From an uncultured Candidatus Rokubacteria bacterium (GTDB lineage: Bacteria; Methylomirabilota; Methylomirabilia; Rokubacteriales; DASRDR01): a stretch of DNA of 64,000 nt. Both the position numbers and the translations under genes were made by a program. Under the pieces are notes generated by a model. That model was not told the DNA's origin. It saw only the letters and a program-made list of their open reading frames with translations, and did no database searches. Positions 11,353 through 20,589 of the stretch are shown piece after piece (position 1 is the first letter of the stretch; each line of letters opens with the position of its first letter). Where the stretch lies: contig CAWGVS010000004.1 of NCBI GenBank assembly GCA_963826115.1, positions 96,001 to 160,000 of the forward strand, given 5' to 3'.

Positions 11353-14052
11353 TCACGCTGACGGCGTGGCGATCCGCCGCCGGCGCGCCAGGAGCCACGC
11401 GGCGCCGAGGGCCCCGAGGGTGGCGATCGTCACGCCGAGGCCGACGAAGACGCCGGGCTGCCGGTAGCGGAACTCCACCCGATGGCGGCCGGCCGGGAGG
11501 AACACCGCGCGGAGCGCATGGTCCGCGGGCGCGATCGTGACGGGCTGGCCGTTGTCCCACGCCCGCCAGCGCCGGTCGTACGTGTCGCTCAGCACGAGGA
11601 CGGCGGGCTCCCGCGCATCGGTCTCCAGCACGATGTGCTCCGCCGCGTACGTGACCACCCGGACCGGGGGCAGGGGCGGCGCGCCGATCCGCGGCGGCGG
11701 GGTGAAGCCCGCCGGCAGGGCCTCGGTCGTCAGGACCTCCTCGAGCGGGTCGAGGTCACGGACCTGGTCCAGCATCTGCGCGGCCGGGACCTGGCGAGCC
11801 CGGCGCACGAGAAACGCGCGCGGCAGCGCCCGCACGTTCTCGTAGAGCCCCGCGGTCACCTGGCGGAAGCGCTCGGGATCCGGTGCGGGCGGCCAGCCGA
11901 CCCGGCCGTCCGCGGCCACGCGCTCCACGATCAGCACGGCCGGCCCCGGAGCGCCCTCGAGCAGGAGCTCCGCGGGGCGCAGTCCCCGGGGCAGGTCCAC
12001 GGTCGCGCGGTAGGTGTGCCCCTGGTACCCCTCCGGGACGGACCACGAGCGGATCACCCCGGGCTTCCCGTGGCCCGCGCGCGCGCCGGGCCGGTCGATC
12101 GACCACTCGGCGGTCTCGATCCCGGCGCGGAGAGGCAGGGCGGCGCTCGTGCCGTCCGCGCCCACGACGTGCACCGTAGCGACCGTCTGGCCCTGCGCGA
12201 GCTCGAGCCCGTGGACGAGATGCGAGTGGATCTCGAGCTGCCGGGGCGCGCCCTCGCCGGGCAACGGGAGCCGGCGCACCGCCCCGGGCCACACGCGCAG
12301 CGGCCCCGGCGGCCGAGCGGCGGGCGGTGGCGCGGCGCCGGCCGGCAGCACGTAGCGGACGTTCAGCAGGTCCTGGACACGCGGGAGCTCCTGGCTCAGC
12401 GCATAGAGGTCGAGGAAGGCCGGGGGCGCGAAGGTGCTCTCGCCGTCGACGATTCCCCAGCCGTACCGGTAGATCGTCTGAGGGTGGATGTGGTCTCCAC
12501 GGCTCAACCTGAGCGGCTCGGTGGTGCGGCTGATCGCCTCCACCCACTCGCGTTCGCGTGGCGGCCGGATGTCGGGGTTCCGCGCGGTGTCGGTGATCGG
12601 GTAGGAGCCGAAGAGGAGATCCGTCAGGAGGACGATCAGGACGGCCGCCCGCAGCGCGACCGGGCCCGCGAGCCCGGGCCACGACACGACGAGCGCGGCC
12701 CCGGCCAGGTAGAGCACGAGCAGCACGTACTGGCTGGCGAAATTCTGGAAGTCGTCCGCGTTCGACTGGGCCTGCGCCCAGACGAGGACCAGCATGAGCG
12801 GCACGACGCCGGCCGCGGCGACGAGCGCCAGCCGCCGGACGCCCCGCGCGAGCGCCCGCGGCCGCGGCCCGGTGACGAGCGCCTCCGCGCCGATCCCGGC
12901 GAGGATCGCCACCGCGAAGCCTGCGACCCCGACGAAGCGCGCGGGGATGCGGAAGAGCGTCAGCCCCGGGAGGAGATCGTACGTGACCCGGTAGAGCCCG
13001 TAGTGGTCGCCGAAGGCCAGGAGCACCCCGCCCACGGCCAGGGCGGCGTGGAAGCCCACCCGCCAGTCCCACCGCCGCATGACGGCGTGGAGCGCCAGGA
13101 TCATCGGCAGGATGCCGGGGTAGAGGTAGTACTCCGAGCCGCTGCTCTTCCAGGTGCCCACGGTGAACAGGCCCCAGGGCAGGAGCGCCTGGGCCAGGTA
13201 CGCGGGCAGGAGCGACCCGGTCGTCTTCCAGTCGTAGCCGAGGCCGGCCCGGTGCGAGGCGACGGCCATCTCCCAGGACGGCACCAGCTGCACCGCCGCG
13301 ATGCCGAGCGCGACGACCGGCACGAGCGCGAGGATCGCCGCGAGCCGCCGCCACGGCCCGCCCGTGGCCGCCCGCCGCGCGATCAGCGTGAGACCGAGTG
13401 CGCCGGTCGCGAGGCCGACGTGATAGAAGAGCTGTGGATGCCCGGCGAGAAACGCGACGCCCAGCGCGAGCCCGCCGAGCGCGCCCCAGCGGGGGCGCAG
13501 GGTGGCGTCCGCGCGCGCCAGGCAGGCGAGGATCGCCGGCAACCACGCCGCCGTGTCGATCATGGTCCAGTGCGTGACGTGCGCGAGCATGAAGCCCGAG
13601 AACATGAACGCGATGCCGCTCACGCTCGCCGCGAAGCGCCCGAGACCGAGCTGCCGCGCGTAGAGATACGTGAAGGCGCCCGCCATTGCGTAGTGCAGGA
13701 GATGGTGGTACTGCAGGACGACGTGAGGGATATGCTGCCCGCGCTCCAGGAGTCCCAGCACCAGCAGATTCACCGGGTAGAAGAGATGCAGGTGAGCCTG
13801 GAGGAACATCGGGTGGTGGGTGCCGCCTCCGAGGAACGGCGAGCCCGTCCCGAGCGTCGGGTCCCAGAGCGCGAGGATCCCGCGCTTCAGGTGGTGGTAG
13901 AAGTACGGCTCGACGGCGAGGCCGAAGTCGCCGCCCAAGTGGAGGCGCGAGCCCGCGAACGGCGTGACGAGCGCCCAGAGCTTGACGGCCGCCAGGGCGG
14001 CCAGGCCCGCGATCGGCAGGGCCTCCCGCACCCACGGTCGGTGCCCGCGCAT
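11353..14052 (-). CDS. YfhO-family GT-C membrane protein
   Basis: GGDF...PY, LWDP..G.G.P, FYP.N, AGHPQ, FRIPARF, DLLNVRYV, YEN..ALPRAF, LVLSD.Y...W.A..NG, A..ALRAV.LP.G.H.V.F.Y and a terminal TM helix. Start taken as ATG 14052. Confidence 0.88.
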   Translation of the reverse strand: MRGHRPWVREALPIAGLAALAAVKLWALVTPFAGSRLHLGGDFGLAVEPYFYHHLKRGILALWDPTLGTGSPFLGGGTHHPMFLQAHLHLFYPVNLLVLGLLERGQHIPHVVLQYHHLLHYAMAGAFTYLYARQLGLGRFAASVSGIAFMFSGFMLAHVTHWTMIDTAAWLPAILACLARADATLRPRWGALGGLALGVAFLAGHPQLFYHVGLATGALGLTLIARRAATGGPWRRLAAILALVPVVALGIAAVQLVPSWEMAVASHRAGLGYDWKTTGSLLPAYLAQALLPWGLFTVGTWKSSGSEYYLYPGILPMILALHAVMRRWDWRVGFHAALAVGGVLLAFGDHYGLYRVTYDLLPGLTLFRIPARFVGVAGFAVAILAGIGAEALVTGPRPRALARGVRRLALVAAAGVVPLMLVLVWAQAQSNADDFQNFASQYVLLVLYLAGAALVVSWPGLAGPVALRAAVLIVLLTDLLFGSYPITDTARNPDIRPPREREWVEAISRTTEPLRLSRGDHIHPQTIYRYGWGIVDGESTFAPPAFLDLYALSQELPRVQDLLNVRYVLPAGAAPPPAARPPGPLRVWPGAVRRLPLPGEGAPRQLEIHSHLVHGLELAQGQTVATVHVVGADGTSAALPLRAGIETAEWSIDRPGARAGHGKPGVIRSWSVPEGYQGHTYRATVDLPRGLRPAELLLEGAPGPAVLIVERVAADGRVGWPPAPDPERFRQVTAGLYENVRALPRAFLVRRARQVPAAQMLDQVRDLDPLEEVLTTEALPAGFTPPPRIGAPPLPPVRVVTYAAEHIVLETDAREPAVLVLSDTYDRRWRAWDNGQPVTIAPADHALRAVFLPAGRHRVEFRYRQPGVFVGLGVTIATLGALGAAWLLARRRRIATPSA

Positions 14053-14104
14053 AGTGGTTGTGCCGCGCCCTCCCAATCGGCGCCGGTAGCCTAGCAGAAA
14101 GGTC

Positions 14105-14890
14105 ATGGCGCCTCAACAGAACGAGGGCGGCGCGGCCGATGGCTCCGGCCTCTCCGTCGTGGTCCCGGCATTCAACGAGGCCCGCCGCCTTCCGGGCACG
14201 CTCCCGCGCATGATCGAGTACGCCCGCGGCCTCGCCGAGCCCGTGGAGATCATCGTCGTCGACGACGGGAGCACCGACGGCACCGGCGACGCCGCGGCGG
14301 CGGTCGCGCGGACGTGCGACCTCGTGACGGTCCTGCGCGCCGACCGGAACCGGGGCAAGGGGGCCGCGGTGCGCCGCGGCGTGCTCGCGGCGCGGCACGG
14401 GCACGTGCTCTTCACGGACGTCGACCTGTCCACGCCCATGGAGGAGGCGGCCAAGCTGCGCGTCGCCCTGGGGAACGGCGCCGACGTGGCGATCGGATCC
14501 CGTCGCCTTGCCGGGTCCGACGTCCAGGTGCATCAGCCCTGGCTCCGGGAGCTGGCCGGCCGCACGTTCAGCGGCCTGGTGTCGCTCCTCTTGCTCCCGG
14601 GCGTCCACGACAGCCAGTGCGGCTTCAAGGCCTTCCGGCGGTCGGTCGCGCGCGAGATCTTCGGCCGGCAGCGCCTCGAGGGGTTCGGCTTCGACGCCGA
14701 GGTGTTGTGGCTCGCGCGCCGACTCGACTACCGGATCGCCGAGGTGCCCATCGTCTGGCGGGACGACCGCCGCAGCAACGTGCGGCTCGTCCGCGACTCG
14801 GGCGGGATGGTGCTGGACCTCCTCCGCATCCGCCTCAACGGCTGGGCGGGACGCTACGCGCTGAAGCGCCCGCGCTCGTCGCCGCGGTAA
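14105..14890 (+). CDS. GT2 polyprenol-phosphate beta-glucosyltransferase-like (ALG5/DPG synthase type)
   Basis: LSVVVPAFNE..RL, VDDGSTDGT, NRGKGAAVR.G, FTDVDLSTP, AIGSR, DSQCGFKAF, FGFDAE.L, EVPI.W. Confidence 0.92.
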   Translation: MAPQQNEGGAADGSGLSVVVPAFNEARRLPGTLPRMIEYARGLAEPVEIIVVDDGSTDGTGDAAAAVARTCDLVTVLRADRNRGKGAAVRRGVLAARHGHVLFTDVDLSTPMEEAAKLRVALGNGADVAIGSRRLAGSDVQVHQPWLRELAGRTFSGLVSLLLLPGVHDSQCGFKAFRRSVAREIFGRQRLEGFGFDAEVLWLARRLDYRIAEVPIVWRDDRRSNVRLVRDSGGMVLDLLRIRLNGWAGRYALKRPRSSPR

Positions 14891-14895
14891 CCGCG

Positions 14896-17643
14896 GTGGG
14901 AGGGCCGCGCCGGCGGGAGGGCGGCGATCCCGCGGCCGCGGCCGGGCGCTCGTCCCGGGCGCTCCTCGCCGCGCTTGCGGTCGGGATGGCGGCGCGGCTC
15001 CTCACGCTCCGGCTGCCGCGCCTCTGGTACGACGAGGCCACCTCGGGCCTGCTCGGGCTCGCCGTCCTCCAGGGCGATCTGCCCACCTACTTCTTCGGCC
15101 AGCCGTTCATGGGCGCGCTGGACGGCTACCTTGCAGCGCCGCTCTTCTGGCTCTTGGGCGTCTCGGCCCGGACGGTCGAGCTCGTGCCCGTGCTGCTGTC
15201 GCTCGTCACCCTCGGCCTGACGGTCCGGCTGGCCCGCGACGCCTTCGGGCTGCGCGCCGCCCTCTTCGTCGCGGTCGGGCTCGCGGTGCCGCCGGACTTC
15301 CTCCTGTTCTGGGCGCACGAGGCGCGCAACCACTACCCGCTGACGCTCGTCCTCGGGACGCTCGCGCTCCTCTTCGCGCTCCGGGCACCCGCCGCGCGGG
15401 GCGGCCGGGCTGCGGTCCTGTTCCTGCTCCTGGGCACGAGCCTCGGCCTCGCCTTCTGGACCAACTTCCTCTCGCTCGTCTACTTCCCGGCGGTCGCGGT
15501 TCTCCTGCTGCGCCGCGGGCTCCGGCCGCTCCTGCCCGCCGGCCTCGCGGCCGTGCCCGCCTTCCTGATCGCGAGCCTGCCGCACTGGCTCTACGGCGTG
15601 CCGCACGGCTCCGCCATGCCGCCGCCCGGCCGGGCCGTGGGCGCCGAGACCATGCTGACGCATCTCGGCTACTTCGGCCGCACGGCCTGGCCGATCGTCG
15701 CGGGCGTGCCCGCGTCCGTGCGCGATGCCGCGCTGGGCGTGGGGCTCGCGCTCGCGCTGGGCGCGCTGTACCTGGCGGCCGCCGCGACGGCGCTCGGCGC
15801 GGCCCGGCGAGCCGCGCCGCCCGCGGGCGCGGCGGCCCTCGCCCTCGTGACCCTCGTCGGCGTGAACCTGGGGGTTGCGGTCGCGACGCGGTACGGGCGC
15901 GGCCTCGACGACCACGATCCGCATTACCTCCTGCCGCTCTACACGGCGCTGCCCCCGCTGCTCGGCTGGCTCCTGGCCCGCCTGGCGGGCCGCCGCGCGC
16001 GCATCCTGGCGGGCGCGGTCGTCGCCCTCCAGGCCGTGGGCGCGCTCGGCGGTAGCCTCGCGAATCTCCATCCCGCGATCGCGGCGGCCGAGCGGGGCGA
16101 GCTCCGGGCGCAGCTCGCGACGCTGGACGGCCTCGACCGCGCCGGGCTCCACCGACTCTACGACTCCGATGCCACGGGGCGCGTGCTCACCGTGCTCTCG
16201 GCGGGGCGGACGATCGTCTCGAATCCCTACGAGGAGATCCGCCCCTCCTTCGCCCGCGCCGTCGACGGCGCGCCGGGGGCGGCCTGGTGGATGCCGCGCC
16301 GCGCGCCGACGCTCGAGGCGCACTTCGCGGCGCTGGGCGTCCGCTTCGAGTTCCATCGCGTGAATCGGCTCGCTGGCGCGTACGGGGCGTTCGCGCTGGT
16401 CGCGCCACCGGTGCGCGAGCTACCAGCTACCGGGCTTCGTGTCACCGCGAGCGACGCGGCGGACGGCGCCGGGCGCATGACGGATCGCATCGGCGAGACC
16501 CTGTGGAGCACCGGCCGTCCCCAGCGAGGCGGCGAGTGGGTCCAGGTGGATCTCGGGGCCGTCGTGCCCATCGCGCTCGTCCGGTGGCTCCCGGGTACGT
16601 TCCAGGAGGTGCCGCGGGGACTCCGGCTCGAGGCGTCGCTCGACGGCGTGGCCTGGCGCACGCTCGTGGACCTGCCCGAGTACGTGGGACCGCTCTACTG
16701 GTCGGCCGGGCGGCCCGTCCAGCGCGTCCGCGCCGGCCGCGTGGAGCTCCGCGTGGCGCCGACGCCCGCGCGCCACCTGCGCATCGTGCAGACCGGGCGC
16801 GGCGGCACGTGGGCGTGGACGATCCGCGAGCTCTACGTGTACGCCGCGGCGGGCCCGGACGCCGTCCCCGCCCCGGAGGCAGACGGCCCGGCACTCGCGC
16901 GGGGCGTCCGGCAGGCGGGCGTGCGGCGGCTTTTCGCCGACGCCGGCTGGGCGAGCCGCGTGACCCTCGCCGACCCCGGGATTCGCGTGCCGCCGGCGAA
17001 CCTCCAGCTCGACGACTACGGCTGGAAGGGCTCGGCCTCGATGCTCCTGCCGCCGTTCGTCTGGGAGCCGGGCACCGGCGTCCTCCTCGAGCCCGCGGAC
17101 GCCGAGGGCTTCATGGAGGCGGCGCGGGCCGGCGGCCTCGGGTTCACCCGGCAGGCCCTCGACGGCCTGACGCTGTTCGTCCACGCGCCGGTCGCCCCAC
17201 CGGGGGCGCGTCTGCCGGTCGGGGCGCTCGCCGTGACCGCCTCGCGGCATTCGAAGAGCGCCGGGCTCGCCGTCGACGGCAACCCCGCGACGCGCTGGGC
17301 GACGGCCGCCCCGCGCGCCGCCGGCGACTGGTTCCGCGTGGAGCTGCCCGCGCTCCGCGCGGTGCGGGCGGTGCGGCTCGAGGCGGCGAACCCGGCGGAC
17401 CTGCCGCCCGCGATCGTCGTCGAGGGGTCGTCCGACGGCACGCGCTGGGAGCGCCTCGCGACGACCGCGCGGCCGGAGCACCGCTATCGGTGGGGCGGCT
17501 TCACGATTCTCGACGATGGCACGATCGCCCTCGCGCTCGAGTTCCCGCCGACCACCGTGCGTGCGCTCCGCCTGGTCCTGCCGGCGGGCGATCCGGTCTT
17601 CGACTGGTCGATCAACGAGCTCGCCGTCTTCGGCGGGGAGTGA
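14896..17643 (+). CDS. GT-C-fold (ArnT-like) glycosyltransferase with two discoidin domains, paralog of 8577..11333
   Basis: C-terminal part of ORF 14314..17643 from GTG 14896. WYDEA..GL, FFGQPFMG, many TM helices, two F5/8C modules, and GPLYWS...VR.GRV shared with the 8577 protein. Confidence 0.85.
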   Translation: MGGPRRREGGDPAAAAGRSSRALLAALAVGMAARLLTLRLPRLWYDEATSGLLGLAVLQGDLPTYFFGQPFMGALDGYLAAPLFWLLGVSARTVELVPVLLSLVTLGLTVRLARDAFGLRAALFVAVGLAVPPDFLLFWAHEARNHYPLTLVLGTLALLFALRAPAARGGRAAVLFLLLGTSLGLAFWTNFLSLVYFPAVAVLLLRRGLRPLLPAGLAAVPAFLIASLPHWLYGVPHGSAMPPPGRAVGAETMLTHLGYFGRTAWPIVAGVPASVRDAALGVGLALALGALYLAAAATALGAARRAAPPAGAAALALVTLVGVNLGVAVATRYGRGLDDHDPHYLLPLYTALPPLLGWLLARLAGRRARILAGAVVALQAVGALGGSLANLHPAIAAAERGELRAQLATLDGLDRAGLHRLYDSDATGRVLTVLSAGRTIVSNPYEEIRPSFARAVDGAPGAAWWMPRRAPTLEAHFAALGVRFEFHRVNRLAGAYGAFALVAPPVRELPATGLRVTASDAADGAGRMTDRIGETLWSTGRPQRGGEWVQVDLGAVVPIALVRWLPGTFQEVPRGLRLEASLDGVAWRTLVDLPEYVGPLYWSAGRPVQRVRAGRVELRVAPTPARHLRIVQTGRGGTWAWTIRELYVYAAAGPDAVPAPEADGPALARGVRQAGVRRLFADAGWASRVTLADPGIRVPPANLQLDDYGWKGSASMLLPPFVWEPGTGVLLEPADAEGFMEAARAGGLGFTRQALDGLTLFVHAPVAPPGARLPVGALAVTASRHSKSAGLAVDGNPATRWATAAPRAAGDWFRVELPALRAVRAVRLEAANPADLPPAIVVEGSSDGTRWERLATTARPEHRYRWGGFTILDDGTIALALEFPPTTVRALRLVLPAGDPVFDWSINELAVFGGE

Positions 17644-17782
17644 AGCCGCGAGCGCTTGGGGGCGCTCACGATCGGCAGTACAGTGAGAGGCGGATGACGT
17701 TCGGGCGGATGCTCGCAGGGTTGATTGTCGTCAGCGCGCTCGACGTCGCGGCGCCTCCTCCCCCTCGCCCCGCGAGGGCCCG

Positions 17783-20503
17783 ATGACGGTTGCCCAGCAC
17801 GTGGGCGTCTACGGGCTCTTCCTGGCCTTGACGGCTGTCTACACGTGGCCGCTCGTCACAGACCTCGCGCGCCTCCTCCCCCCGAACGGTGACCCGCGGC
17901 TCTTCAGCTGGGTGCTCCTCACGATATTCGGCAACCTGACGAGCCGGCCCGACCTCCTGTTCCACGGGAACGCCTTCTACCCGTTCGGCAACACGCTGTC
18001 GTTCGCGGAACCCCTCCTCATCCCCGCGGTCGTCGCGGGACCGATCCACGCGTGGACGGGCAACCCCATCCTCGCCTACAACGTCACCCTCCTCCTGTTC
18101 TGGGCGCTCTCGGGTTGGGCGATGTATTGGGTGGCGTGGCGCGTCACGGCCTGTCATCCGGCGGCCTTCCTCGCGGCGATGATCTTCACGTTTGCGCCGT
18201 ACCGGATCGACCACTACATGGAGTTCCAGATGGAGATGGCGTTCGGGATCCCGCTCGCCATCTACGCGCTGGTGCGCTTCCTCGAGACCCAGCGCACGCG
18301 CTACGTCGTCGCGCTCGGCCTGGCGTTCTGGATCCAGGCAGCCTCCGTCTGGTACTACGCGATCATCCTCGCGATTGGCCTCGCCGCCGTCACCGTCCAG
18401 GTGGTCGCGCTCCGCTGGGGTGGGTGGCGACCCCGGGCGCTCCTCGCCGCGGCCCTCGGGGGGCTCGTGCTGCTCGGGGCCCTCGTCCCCCTCGCGACGC
18501 CCTACTTCCTCACCCGCCAGGAGCTCGGGCTCGAACGGAACCTCGCCGACGCCGTCCCACGCTCGGCGAATCTCGGCTCGTTCGTCGAGGCGCGCTCGAA
18601 CTGGCTCTATCGCGCGTTCACCTCCAGGCGTGCGTGGGAGGCGTCGCTCTTCCTGGGAGTGGCGGCGCTCGGCCTGGCCGGCGCCGGGCTCGCCTGGCTC
18701 GGTGGGGCACGGCCGCCGCGCGGGCGACTCGATCGCTGGCTGGCAGGGGGAGCGGGAGCGCTCCTCGCGGCGACGCTCGGCGCCATCCTCCTCGAGGGCA
18801 GCGTCCGGATCGCCGGGATCACGCTGCGGCCCTTCACCGAGTTGGCCGTCGCGCTTCTCGGGATCGGCCTCCTGCGACAGTCGGTGGAGGGCTGGCGACG
18901 CTGGCGAGCCGGCACGACGGACCGGCGGCTCGCAGAGCGTGAGTGGGCGCGACTCCTGCTCGGTCTCGGCGCCGTCGCGTGTCTCCTTTCGCTTGGCCCG
19001 GTCGTCGCGCTCAAGGCATTCGGCGCCCGCCCGATCGACGAGGGGCTCTATGCGTGGCTCTGGCCCTACGTCGTGCTCTTCCGAGCCATCCGGGGGCCCA
19101 CGCGGATCGGGATCCTCGTGATCGTCTCGGGGGCGCTTCTGGCCGCGCTCGGCGCAAAATGGCTGCTCGAGGCGCCTCGGCGGACGTGGGGCAGGGTGCT
19201 CGTCGGCGCCCTCGGGGTCGTGCTGGCCGTCGAGTACGCGTGGATGCCGCTCCCGTACAAGCTCGAAGCGCCCCCCGCCCGCGCGGTGGACGCCGCGCTA
19301 AAGGCCGACCGCGCCGACGTCGCCGTCCTCGAGTGGCCACCGAACGTCGAGGTGGTGGATGTCGACGCCATGTTCCGGTCCCTCGCCCACGGCAAGCGCG
19401 TGGTGAACGGGCTGTCGGGCTTCGTGCCCACCGAGCTCCGGGACCTGTCGGAGCTTCTGAGCGAGCCCGCGGCGCCGTTCCCGGCGGCGGCGCAGACGGC
19501 CATCCAGCGCATCTACCCCTTGCGCTACCTGGTCGTGCGCCTGAGTGATCATTACCTCGCCAAGGCGTGGCAGCCCACGTGGCACCGCCTCCGCCGGGCC
19601 CCGCCGCACTTCCTCCGTCATCGCGGGACGTACGGTGACGACGACCTCTACGAGATCCTGGCGGTGCCCGAGCGGGGCCTCCTTCTTGAGCGCTGGGTCT
19701 CGTACGACTTCCTGGTGAACCATCCCGTGCTGGAAGTCTCCGTGCGCCCGCTCGGACGCCAGGCGGGGCGGGCCGCCTGGGTGGACGTGGCGCTCAATGA
19801 CCGCTCCATCGCGCGTGTGCCGCTCGATGGGCCCCGCCGGTTCCGCCGTCGGCTCTCGCTGCCCTACCGCCAGGCCGCGCCCAATGTGATCCGCCTGACG
19901 TACGGCTACGACCGGATCGGCCCTGACTCACCGCGGTCAGAAATCGGCACGACCGGCATCCGGAGCCCGGTGGACCTTGTGGTCATGAGCGGCGGCCAGC
20001 CGCACGGCGATGTGGGATCGGTGCGCGTCAACGCCGTTGAGCGCGCACGGAACAGTCGCGGCTACAATCTGGTCGCGCTCGACGGGGCTGGTCGCGTCCT
20101 CGCCGCCGAGACGTTCGATACGTTCTTCGATCCACGAGCCGCGGGACGGCTCGCGACCTGGGTGGCCGCGCTTCCGGCGGGGACCATCGTGGCAGGGGCC
20201 GTCAAGGATGACGCGGCAGGGCAGCTCGACGGCCCAGCCACCCACGCGCTGCGGACCCTCGGCATTCGCGGGGATCTTAGGGGACACTTTCGCGTCTCCC
20301 ACGCGTTCGTCGGGCTGAAAGGGGCACCGCCGGGGAGCGCGCTGGAGGGCCTGGGTCCGCGACATGTCACCCTCGCCGTGGGCGAGACGCGCCCGGAGGA
20401 CTTTCAGGGGGAGAGTCCCGCAGGATTCGAACTGGCCGCGTTCGCCCTGCAGGCGAGACGCCGAGCGGGAGGAGAACCGGCGGGAGCAGACGGCGGGAAT
20501 TGA
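17783..20503 (+). CDS. GT-C-fold membrane glycosyltransferase with C-terminal ILEI (FAM3/PANDER, GG-type) domain
   Basis: TWP...NGDPRLFSW, NAFYP..NTL.F.E, AYN, LSLGP, IRG.TR, VLEWP, VNG.SGF.P. C-terminal RGYNLV...FDTF...GTIVAGAVKDDA...SHAFVG.KG is ILEI-like. Confidence 0.85.
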   Translation: MTVAQHVGVYGLFLALTAVYTWPLVTDLARLLPPNGDPRLFSWVLLTIFGNLTSRPDLLFHGNAFYPFGNTLSFAEPLLIPAVVAGPIHAWTGNPILAYNVTLLLFWALSGWAMYWVAWRVTACHPAAFLAAMIFTFAPYRIDHYMEFQMEMAFGIPLAIYALVRFLETQRTRYVVALGLAFWIQAASVWYYAIILAIGLAAVTVQVVALRWGGWRPRALLAAALGGLVLLGALVPLATPYFLTRQELGLERNLADAVPRSANLGSFVEARSNWLYRAFTSRRAWEASLFLGVAALGLAGAGLAWLGGARPPRGRLDRWLAGGAGALLAATLGAILLEGSVRIAGITLRPFTELAVALLGIGLLRQSVEGWRRWRAGTTDRRLAEREWARLLLGLGAVACLLSLGPVVALKAFGARPIDEGLYAWLWPYVVLFRAIRGPTRIGILVIVSGALLAALGAKWLLEAPRRTWGRVLVGALGVVLAVEYAWMPLPYKLEAPPARAVDAALKADRADVAVLEWPPNVEVVDVDAMFRSLAHGKRVVNGLSGFVPTELRDLSELLSEPAAPFPAAAQTAIQRIYPLRYLVVRLSDHYLAKAWQPTWHRLRRAPPHFLRHRGTYGDDDLYEILAVPERGLLLERWVSYDFLVNHPVLEVSVRPLGRQAGRAAWVDVALNDRSIARVPLDGPRRFRRRLSLPYRQAAPNVIRLTYGYDRIGPDSPRSEIGTTGIRSPVDLVVMSGGQPHGDVGSVRVNAVERARNSRGYNLVALDGAGRVLAAETFDTFFDPRAAGRLATWVAALPAGTIVAGAVKDDAAGQLDGPATHALRTLGIRGDLRGHFRVSHAFVGLKGAPPGSALEGLGPRHVTLAVGETRPEDFQGESPAGFELAAFALQARRRAGGEPAGADGGN

Positions 20504-20563
20504 ACCCACGCGGCGGCGCCCCACGAGGGAGATGACGCGCGGGCCCGTCGTCGTGGCGTCTGG
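20483..20563 (-). pseudogene. Degenerate tRNA-like element (tRNA-Gly-like 3' end)
   Basis: Minus strand has a T-arm GTGGG-TTCAATT-CCCGC followed by CGTCTGC-T-CC. CAGACG about 75 nt upstream pairs with CGTCTG. The D and anticodon arms are non-canonical. Confidence 0.45.
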
Positions 20564-20574
20564 CAGCGAGCCCC

Positions 20575-20583
20575 TGCTATACT
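20575..20583 (+). promoter_or_regulatory. Extended -10 (TGcTATACT), leaderless-type
   Basis: TGCTATACT-N6-ATG(20590). Confidence 0.68.
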
Positions 20584-20589
20584 CGGCGC

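Noticed and set aside
20483-20563. Intact functional tRNA or tRNA-Sec
   Set aside because: Lacks U8, A14, a proper D-arm, an anticodon arm and CCA, and the stem lengths do not fit the 8/5 tRNA-Sec fold. Kept only as a degenerate element.
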